A DNA stretch of 63,828 nt, filler included. It is 7 parts of 7 records of this genome, joined end to end, with 100 filler letters (N's around TTAATTAATTAA, not from the genome) between each part and the next. Parts side by side here need not be neighbours in the genome. Positions count along the whole stretch, not along the records: positions 44,828 to 58,361 come from SRR31147125_9859; positions 58,462 to 63,828 come from SRR31147125_10033; 5 more parts are not named here. The stretch is one strand, 5' to 3'. Positions 56,316-63,828 of this stretch are shown one piece after another. How positions within the stretch are numbered: the stretch's first letter is position 1; each line of letters opens with the position of its first letter. The position numbers were made by a program, and so were the translations under genes. The notes beneath the pieces are model-generated. The model saw nothing but the letters and a program-made list of their open reading frames with translations, did not search any database and was not told where the DNA came from.

Positions 56316-56945
56316 TTAAAACGAATGATTAATTAAAGGATTAAAATCCTTTTCTCTACCTATTGTCGTGGGCTGGCCATGTCCAGGATATACATTTGTG
56401 TCCGGCGGCAATATTAATAACTTGTTTTGAATGGAAGACATTAGCTCATCATATGATCCACCAAAAAGATCAGTTCTGCCTATGGAATCATAAAAAAGAG
56501 TATCACCAGCGAACAGGCAATCGTCAACCTTAAAACAAACACCTCCCGGGCTGTGTCCGGGAGTCTCAATAACAGATATATCAAATCCATCTATTGTCAG
56601 ACGATCGCCTTCTTTGATAAACTCGTCTGGCGTAAAACTGTCCGGCTCTTTCAAGCCCAACATTTTTGCCTGATTATCACTATTTTCAATCAAAAATGCA
56701 TCATTCCGATGGATAACAATTTTTCCGCCACATGCTTTTTGAATTGGCGCAACCGCAGTGATGTGGTCGATATGACCGTGAGTTAACAAAATATAGTCTA
56801 AGCTCAGACCGGCAATATCCAGTTTCTGAATCAGAACATCCTCATCATCACCCGGATCTATTAATATAGCCCGCCTGGATTGCTCACAGCCAACCAAATA
56901 ACAATTAACCATAAGCGGACCCACAATGACTGTTTCAACAAACAT
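56316..56945 (-). CDS. MBL-fold metallo-hydrolase (glyoxalase II-like)
   Basis: NCY, IDPG, THGHIDH, TPGHSPG, GDTLF, GRTDL, YPGHG; start placed at ATG 56945 behind GAGG. Confidence 0.93.
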   Translation of the reverse strand: MFVETVIVGPLMVNCYLVGCEQSRRAILIDPGDDEDVLIQKLDIAGLSLDYILLTHGHIDHITAVAPIQKACGGKIVIHRNDAFLIENSDNQAKMLGLKEPDSFTPDEFIKEGDRLTIDGFDISVIETPGHSPGGVCFKVDDCLFAGDTLFYDSIGRTDLFGGSYDELMSSIQNKLLILPPDTNVYPGHGQPTTIGREKDFNPLINHSF

Positions 56946-56952
56946 AATAACC

Positions 56953-58128
56953 TCAAGAAATAATATAAAGTTCTTGTTGCGGTTGCGATAAGAACTCACA
57001 TCCATTTTTAGTGACAACAACTATTTCTTCAATCGTTGCAATTCCATGCCCAGCGACTGTTAAACGTGGCTCCAGGGTATACACCTGTCCCTCTTCCACC
57101 CTGGAAAAGGGTAATTTGCCATAACGTTCCCAACGTGGACAAAGCAAACCCGAGCCATCGTGCGCTTGCCGGCCGACCTGATGCCCAAGTCCGTGAGGAT
57201 ATTCATCATATCCCGCATCCAGAATATATTGACGGGCGACATCATCCACACGCCATCCTTCAATTCCGGGTAAAAGAGCCTCAGATGCTTTACGTATGGC
57301 ATCTCTAATAGTTACAAAACCTTTTTGCACGTTTTCAGGTGCGCTTTTCTCTCCTGGCTTTAGAAAATACCACGTTCGCTGCAGGTCAGAAACATAGCCG
57401 TCTTTTCGCACTCCAAAATCAATATTCAGTATATGTCCATATTCAATATTCTGGTTCGTCGGCCCGGCATGAGCACCGGCACTATCAGGACCAGTAAATA
57501 CAGCCGGACAATGAGCTTCATCCCACGCTACTTCTAATCCTTTATCTTTAACACATTGCAGGATAAAATGAGCGACATCTTGTTCCGTCTGACCCACTTT
57601 AATATGATTGGTAACCTGATCAAATATGTCCAATGTTTCAACAATGGCTGCTTTTATTCTATCCAATTCTGTTTTTGTTTTTCTTCCTCTCAGGGCGGCT
57701 ACTAACAATTCACTGGATTCCAGGCGTTCAAGGTATGGCGTATCTTTTAATAAATCACATAGAGTTTGATACATACCATGAGTTAAGCCATCGGCCATAA
57801 CATCATTCTGCGATGTATTGATGGCAATACGTTGGGGATTTTCCTGCTGCAAAATGTTCAAGAGTTCATCTTTAATAGAATCACGATAACCAATAACGTC
57901 ATAAGGAGCATGATCTTTGATATTCTGCTTATCAAGACTTCCAACAATAGCAATACTCTTTCCACTGGACGTAATAATAAATGCTGAATGCCAGGTACAG
58001 GTCGTTCCCAGGATGAGATCGAGCATGGGATCAGGTATTGAAGATGTTTCCCGGGCAAATGTCAGCCACATATCAACACCCATTTCTTCTAATATGACAG
58101 ATGCTTGTTTAATCTTTTCTGCAACCAT
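56953..58128 (-). CDS. M24 family Xaa-Pro aminopeptidase
   Basis: IDFG, SDLQRT, HGLGH.VG..AHD, TLEP, IEE metal-ligand motifs. Confidence 0.9.
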   Translation of the reverse strand: MVAEKIKQASVILEEMGVDMWLTFARETSSIPDPMLDLILGTTCTWHSAFIITSSGKSIAIVGSLDKQNIKDHAPYDVIGYRDSIKDELLNILQQENPQRIAINTSQNDVMADGLTHGMYQTLCDLLKDTPYLERLESSELLVAALRGRKTKTELDRIKAAIVETLDIFDQVTNHIKVGQTEQDVAHFILQCVKDKGLEVAWDEAHCPAVFTGPDSAGAHAGPTNQNIEYGHILNIDFGVRKDGYVSDLQRTWYFLKPGEKSAPENVQKGFVTIRDAIRKASEALLPGIEGWRVDDVARQYILDAGYDEYPHGLGHQVGRQAHDGSGLLCPRWERYGKLPFSRVEEGQVYTLEPRLTVAGHGIATIEEIVVVTKNGCEFLSQPQQELYIIS

Positions 58129-58361
58129 ATGGATACCTCAAAATTTGTTGTTCTAGCCAAACAGTTGAATAACATGCAAATTAGCGCTTAATTGACGCAT
58201 GCTCGGATTCAGCTGTTGCACACATTAACCATGTTATCATAACAGAGCGCCAAAGATGATATATTGTTTGTGTTTAAAATTTAAGAAAAAATAATGATAT
58301 AGCAAAGGTTTTCTGACAGGGAAAATATTTTATCAGGCATTTTGAACGGGCAAACATAAAA

Positions 58362-58461
58362 NNNNNNNNNNNNNNNNNNNNNNNNNNNNNNNNNNNNNNN
58401 NNNNNTTAATTAATTAANNNNNNNNNNNNNNNNNNNNNNNNNNNNNNNNNNNNNNNNNNNN
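58362..58461. other. Artificial contig linker
   Basis: N-run / TTAATTAATTAA / N-run. Confidence 0.98.
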
Positions 58462-58574
58462 GATTCCCTGCCTCTAGCTTTAAATTAATGATAGCATAAT
58501 CCGCCGCTCCACTCTTCCGTGCTATAAGGCATCAGTTTCTAGCTCGAATAAACCAACCTCGAGGATACGTTAAC

Positions 58575-58754
58575 ATGCGAAAGAAGAATGTACGTTTCGT
58601 ATGTGAGATGAACGTGATCTGCCACGCATTTGATGATCCTCCTCAGCTGACCCGAGACATCGAGGACGAATCTCAAAAACTTGAGATCTATCAAAGAGTT
58701 AGGGACCGAATCAGACAAATGGTTGAGAACCTTCCCGGCAAACTGAATCTCTGA
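58575..58754 (+). pseudogene. Internally deleted ArsC / LMW-PTP family gene (59-aa open frame, not in the ORF track)
   Basis: GAGGA RBS; MRKKNVRFVC joined directly to ...HAFDDPPQL...YQRVRDRIRQMVENLP; the Cx5R loop and middle are missing. Confidence 0.65.
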
Positions 58755-58822
58755 TTGGTTCCGGGGAAAAGGCGATTTTCGGCCTTCCGCTGAAGAAACT
58801 CAGGCGCATCGGCACGGTTTGC

Positions 58823-59076
58823 TCAGCCGTCAACAGGGCGGCAGTAGGTCTCGCGCGTCAGTGCGACCATAACAACCGCGATTACCGTACTGATGAACAG
58901 CCAGATGAACGCGGAGTGGTAGGCGACCTCGATGTACACCCGGGCGCCGTCAACCAGCAGGAGTCCCATTTGGTAGCGAGCATCCTGCTCATCACCGGTT
59001 GCATGATCGCGGCGATGCAGAGCACCGACATGTTCACGACCCCGCCGACGATTATCCCGATAATGATGACCGTCAT
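58823..59076 (-). pseudogene. C-terminal remnant of an MFS transporter
   Basis: GGVVNM...AAIMQP...W in one frame, then DGARVY..AY.SAF...TRETYC in another (shift near 58964); no N-terminal part upstream. Confidence 0.55.
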
Positions 59077-59353
59077 GACACCGGTGATGACTCATTTCAA
59101 AAGACAAATATAACAGCACATTAACATGAAGAGAATCTTGCTGGTTCACTATCATATTAATAATTCGCGGCAGGGAGAGAACCGCGCGCGAAAAGCACTG
59201 CAACAGTAATACGAAAAGTTGCCATTGGAGAGGAGCCATACAGAGTGGTTGTCACCGCCTCACCGTAGCCATCTATCAAACCAAAGGAACCGGCGGCCCC
59301 CGCAGTACAACCCAAACCATTCCTCAGCAGGAAACCTACTCAGGAGAAACGAT

Positions 59354-61681
59354 ATGAACCAGGAAAAAACCACGCTCTATTTGAAGCAACAGGTTGAACT
59401 CTTACAAAATTTTGATGACGAAACGATACGGGAAATAGTTGAAGGATCCCGAATTGCAGCATTTGAGCCCGATGAATTCATACTTGAATTCGGAGAGAAA
59501 GCTAACTGTCTGGGAATTCTGCTGACCGGCGAGGCCGAAATCTCCGTCACGATGGACAACGGCGAGCGCACCATCCTGCACACAATCCAGGCCGGACAGT
59601 CCTTCGGCGAAGGGTCATTGATGACCGGGGAAGGAAATATCTCCGACTGCATCTGCAGCCAGGCCGCACAAGCGCTCCTCATACCTCATGGAATCTTCAC
59701 GAACAGGATCGTAACGAATTCCCAGGCACTGATCCATCTGTCCAGGAACCTGGTTCGCCATCTGAAGAACACCAACCTGGAAAACGGCGACCAGGGGAAT
59801 GATTCCCCCTCGGTTATCAACAGCGCTGATCCGTATGGACTGGAATTGCGCACTGAAGATCCGATGAAACTCCTCATCGTGAACTGCGGATCGTCTTCGC
59901 TGAAGTTCACGATCTTCGACACGATGGACCCGGACACATTTCTCCGTGGGCAGGTGGAGCGCATCGGGCTGCCCGACACCCGGGTCTCGTGGGAATCATC
60001 ACGAGGAGCCGGGGAGCAGGAAGTGGAAGAGTCCACGCATGCGGGTGCATTCAGCGCCATGCTCGCCGCGTTGACCGACCCCGAGACAGGGGTGATCGCC
60101 AACCTCGCAGAGATCACATCGGTCGCCCACCGAGGAGTTCTGGGTGGAGAAAAGCACCGGGGCGCGGTATTGATCGACAACGAAATACTCGAGGAGATGG
60201 ATACGTACACGTCGGTCTTTCCCCTGCATAATCCTCCGATACTGAGCGGTATCAACGTGGCACGGAAGCTTCTTCCGGAAGCGATTCATCTCACTGTTTT
60301 CGACAGCTCTTTTCACACCACGGTACCATCCTTCGCCTACCTTTATGCGCTCCCGTACGAATATTACGAAGAGAAAGGCATTCGACGATTCGGCTACCAC
60401 GGCAGTTCCCACAAATATGCATCCCTCAAGGCGTCCCAGTATCTTCAGGTTCCCTACAACAAGCTTGAGACCCTCGTCTGCCACCTCGGCAGCGGTTCCT
60501 CCATGTGCGGGATTGATCACGGCAGATCGGTTGATACCTCGATGGGATTCTCGCCGCTGGAAGGGCTTACGATGGGAACCCGGTGCGGGGATCTGGATCC
60601 CGGCGTCCTGCTCCACCTGATGCATACCGAAAACATGGGCTATGACGAGCTCAACGAACTGCTGAACAAAAAGAGCGGGCTTCTGGGAATATCCGGAGTT
60701 TCCAGTGACATGAGGGAGATAGAGGCAGCCGCCGACAAGGGCAACCGCCGGGCGATGCTGGCAATCAAGACCTATGCGTACCGGATCAGAAAATATATCG
60801 GCGCCTACGTGGCGGCGATGGAAGGCATGGATGTGCTGGTCTTTACCGGGGGCATCGGACAAGGGAGCGTACTCGTCCGGAGCCTCGCCTGTCAGGGGCT
60901 GGCCTGCATGGGGATCGTCATTGACGAAGAGAAGAACCGGACAGCGCAAGGCTTCAAAGAAATATGCGAGATTTCGGCGGAAGACTCCCGGGTCAAGGTC
61001 CTGATTATCCCGGCCGATGAGGAGCGCATGATCGCCCGCGACGCGCTCGCGACCCTGGAGCGCCAGAAAGTGATCGGAACCCTGAAATCGAAAAACCCCA
61101 TACCGGTGACCATTGAGGTTTCAGCCCACCATGTCCACCTGTGTCAGGAGCACGTGGAAGCACTTTTCGGAGAAGGGTACACGTTGAAAAAGTTGAAGAC
61201 CCTCAATATCCCGTCCGCGTTTGCCAGTGAGGAAAAGGTTAACCTTATCGGTCCCAAAGGCCGAGTGAACAATGTCCGGATTCTCGGCCCGGAGCGAAAG
61301 CAGACCCAGGTGGAAATATCCATGACCGAACAGTACATGCTCGGCATTCATCCGCCGATCCGCGAATCAGGGGACCTGGACGGCACTCCCGGGGTCACGA
61401 TTGAAGGCCCGGAGGGCTCCATCACCATTGACGAAGGGGTGATCTGCGCGATGCGCCATATCCACGCCACCCCGGAGGACGCCCGGAGAATGGGGCTCAA
61501 GGACCGCGATGTGGTCCGCGTCAAGGTGGCGGGTGACCGGGAGTTGATCTTCGGTGACGTGCTAGTCCGGGTTCACCCGGATTTCAAGCTCTACATGCAC
61601 ATTGACACCGATGAGGCGAATGCGGCGAACCTGAAAAACGGCACGGTTGGGTACGTGGAAGCGATCCAGCTCCGCAACTAG
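59354..61681 (+). CDS. cNMP-binding domain - acetate/propionate kinase - PduL phosphotransacylase triple fusion
   Basis: AGGAG RBS before ATG 59354; GEAEI...GQSFGEGSL (cNMP fold); NCGSSSLK, PLHN, VFD, HGSSH, HLG, MGTRCGD, SDMR, DEE (AckA); HHVHL, RESG, RHIH, MHIDTDE (PduL). Confidence 0.92.
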   Translation: MNQEKTTLYLKQQVELLQNFDDETIREIVEGSRIAAFEPDEFILEFGEKANCLGILLTGEAEISVTMDNGERTILHTIQAGQSFGEGSLMTGEGNISDCICSQAAQALLIPHGIFTNRIVTNSQALIHLSRNLVRHLKNTNLENGDQGNDSPSVINSADPYGLELRTEDPMKLLIVNCGSSSLKFTIFDTMDPDTFLRGQVERIGLPDTRVSWESSRGAGEQEVEESTHAGAFSAMLAALTDPETGVIANLAEITSVAHRGVLGGEKHRGAVLIDNEILEEMDTYTSVFPLHNPPILSGINVARKLLPEAIHLTVFDSSFHTTVPSFAYLYALPYEYYEEKGIRRFGYHGSSHKYASLKASQYLQVPYNKLETLVCHLGSGSSMCGIDHGRSVDTSMGFSPLEGLTMGTRCGDLDPGVLLHLMHTENMGYDELNELLNKKSGLLGISGVSSDMREIEAAADKGNRRAMLAIKTYAYRIRKYIGAYVAAMEGMDVLVFTGGIGQGSVLVRSLACQGLACMGIVIDEEKNRTAQGFKEICEISAEDSRVKVLIIPADEERMIARDALATLERQKVIGTLKSKNPIPVTIEVSAHHVHLCQEHVEALFGEGYTLKKLKTLNIPSAFASEEKVNLIGPKGRVNNVRILGPERKQTQVEISMTEQYMLGIHPPIRESGDLDGTPGVTIEGPEGSITIDEGVICAMRHIHATPEDARRMGLKDRDVVRVKVAGDRELIFGDVLVRVHPDFKLYMHIDTDEANAANLKNGTVGYVEAIQLRN

Positions 61682-61760
61682 TCGCATGAGGTGGTCGACA
61701 ACACTATCCTGGTACGAATGCAGCAGAAACGAAACATGAAGGTCATGGGTATTAAAGCAG

Positions 61761-63828
61761 GTGGTGAAGAGCTCAATGGGTAATCTCGCCGAGCACCCTG
61801 ATACCCGAACGGAGCCACAAACGGAGGATCGCAACCAGCCTTCGGTTGACCGCTTTCTCGTCTGCGGGCTCGGCAGTCTCGGGCAGCATTGTGTGCGTGA
61901 ACTGGTGGCTTTCGGCGTGCAGGTCAGCGCCATCGACCTGCAGCCGGTTCAGGACCGCGATGTTGCCGAGATCGCGTCTTTGCTGGGTCAACTGCACCAT
62001 GGGGACTGCCGCGACGAAGAGTTTCTCCGCGAAATCGGGATAGACGGTTTTCGCGCGATCCTTCTGGTTACAAGCCAGGACAGGGTCAATATAGAGGCCG
62101 CGATGACGGCACGCATGCTCAACCCGGGAATCCGAGTAGTCATGCGCTCTTCGAAAGAGGTCCTCAATGCGCTTCTGACCCATGAGATCGAGAACTTTGT
62201 CTCCTTCGAACCCACGGCCTTATCGGCTCCGTCCTTTGCAATGGCTGCCCTGCCGGATGACAGCCTCGCCCAGTTTCAGCTCGACGGCAGGCATATCCAG
62301 GTTTCGCTTCACTCTTTCAGCCCTGGAAATACAGGGCCTGACACCGCAGCTCAATTCAGCGGCACCGATACCGTCGTTCTCGGTGCCGGCCACCCTCCCA
62401 TCACCTCCCGGGGGTTCAAGCACTATCACCCCGACGCTCGCCTCCTGGAAGGGGACTCCGTTGTTACGCTGTCGGTGCACCGGGATGCAACACTCCTGTC
62501 CTCGGTCAAACCGGACGTAAGCAGCCGGACAAGGAGGTATCCGCCGCCGCGTCGCACTCTAAACTGACGCGCCTGTTTTCCCCCGCCGTACTGCGTGCGT
62601 TCTGCCGGGAAAAGCTCGCCTGGATCCAGGAGGATCAGATCCGCCGGGTGGCCTTTATCTGCTCGGCGGTGATCTTCCTCCTGCTCATGCTCGGCGGGTT
62701 CCTGTTTTCGTTCTTTGTACAGGACATGACGCTGGCTGATTCCCTCTATGCGACCGTTGTCCTGATTCTCGGCGGATATGCCGATCTGCTGGGGGGCGAC
62801 CTGCACTTCGAGATGCCCGTTCCATGGTGGCTGCGTCTTTTCGGCTTGCTGCTCACGATATCGGGAACGCTCTTTGTCGGGTTGGTCTACGCGGTGTTCA
62901 CCCAGTACCTGCTCAGCATGAGATTCAACTTCAAGCGCGACGTCCCGGTTCCGGAATCCGGGCATGTCATTGTCTATGGGGTGAAAAAAGTCGGTCTGGT
63001 CGTTGTCGAGCAGTTAGAGCGATCCGGCCAGGCTCCCGTGGGAATCGATGAGAAGAAAAGCGTGGACAAAAATTTCTCCTATGTGCCCCTGAACGGCCAA
63101 TCGGTCGAACACGCGCTGATCAGGGCAAACGTCTCCGAAGCCGACTCGCTGATAGCCCTTGCGCGTGATGAGCTTGAAAACCTGGAGGTCGGTCTGTTGG
63201 CCAGGTCACTGGCGCCTGATATCAAGCTGGTCATCCGTACCCACGACAGCCAGTTCAGCAAAAGGCTCTCGGTTCTGTGGCCAAAGGCCCACATCCTGTC
63301 AACCGCCTCCCTGGCTGCGGAGGCGCTGGCTGCCGCATCATTTGGCGAGAACGTTCCGTTTTTGTTTCGCGTGGCCGAAAAGACGATCCTGGTCACCGAA
63401 TACCGCGTCGAACCCGGGGACACGCTCGTCAACCGGACCGTCGGCTCTTTTTCAAACGCCTTCGGCGTGCAGCCCCTCCTCCTGAAAAAGAAGGAGAGAA
63501 CCGGCTCTCTGTGGCTGCCCTCTGACGACAACCTGCTGCAATCCGGCGACACCTTTTATGTCCTCGCGACAATCGACAGCATCAAGCGCATCGAACACGG
63601 CCAGCCGCTCAGGGCCGACTATCGTCTCTTTGTCGAGAAGCCTCTCAACGATGTCGGTTTGTTCGAGGGCGCCAATGCGCTCTCCCGCCTGACCGGGGAC
63701 GACATCAGTGAATGTCGCTCGTTCATGAAGGAGTTACCCGCCGTATACCCACGCCCCGTCTATCTGCACCAGGGGATACACATGGTTGCCTCGCTCAAGA
63801 AGAGCATGGTTGGCGCGCGCCTGGAAAA
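61761..63828 (+). CDS. TrkA-N/RCK - two-TM pore - RCK ion channel protein; one frameshift; runs off the window
   Basis: VCGLGSLG...GDCR in ORF 61761-62567; a second frame open from about 62500 to the end gives TM1, YATVVLILGGYADL, PWWLRLF TM2, HVIVYG, ENLEVGL, FGENV, VTEY. Confidence 0.85.

Noticed and set aside
59219-59353. 45-aa N-terminal extension of the fusion ORF, as a possible encapsulation peptide
   Set aside because: TTG start without an RBS and non-helical composition; a clear AGGAG precedes ATG 59354.
59999-60949. 316-aa antisense ORF inside the kinase fusion
   Set aside because: GC-rich shadow frame with no recognisable domain.
53412-61681. Pathway link between the 2-oxoacid oxidoreductase (makes acyl-CoA) and the AckA-PduL fusion
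   Set aside because: They are on different contigs, separated by a linker and differing in composition.
58462-63828. Bacterial microcompartment locus suggested by PduL
   Set aside because: No shell, aldehyde dehydrogenase or signature enzyme genes on the fragment.

Overview
The window is not one locus. It is seven unrelated contig fragments joined by 100-nt artificial linkers (N44-TTAATTAATTAA-N44), so gene neighbourhoods only count within a fragment. Taxonomic labels are my inference from gene content and style. (1) 1-6084, Desulfobacterota-like: a 99-bp MITE-like insert inside a REP-like palindrome, a YadGH-type ABC pair, a hybrid histidine kinase and a LivJ-type binding protein. (2) 6185-14699, low-GC Clostridia-like: shikimate/aromatic operon tyrA-aroB-aroA-aroC-pheA-aroE/aroK-aroQ, a CapA-family protein and a degenerate RluA-like fragment. 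(3) 14800-26213, KSB1/Calditrichota-like: Tat-type aldo/keto reductase plus partner, PorV-like barrel, C25 (gingipain/PorU-like) peptidase, a stand-alone HisKA microprotein and glycosyltransferases. (4) 26314-37482, spirochaete-like: flhA-flhF-flhG-hyp-fliA-fapA-hyp-swrB-like-cheA-like and a small Cys/His protein. (5) 37583-44727, Bacteroidota-like nitrate/nitrite assimilation cluster: nirBD, Crp/Fnr, porin, NrtA-type binding protein, DUF4202. (6) 44828-58361, KSB1-like housekeeping: kdsA-pyrG-kdsB-gatC, rpmA-rplU-rne, TIGR03960/03936 radical SAM fusion, 2-oxoacid:ferredoxin oxidoreductase, MBL hydrolase, M24 peptidase. (7) 58462-63828, GC-rich: arsC and MFS remnants, a cNMP-domain/acetate kinase/PduL triple fusion and a double-RCK ion channel with a non-canonical filter. 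About ten single-base frameshifts, mostly in homopolymers, look like sequencing error. The best candidate for an undescribed system is the ligand-regulated one-polypeptide acyl-CoA to ATP module (cNMP-AckA-PduL) and its neighbouring channel. I saw no rRNA, tRNA or CRISPR array. All family calls are by eye from motifs; no searches were run.
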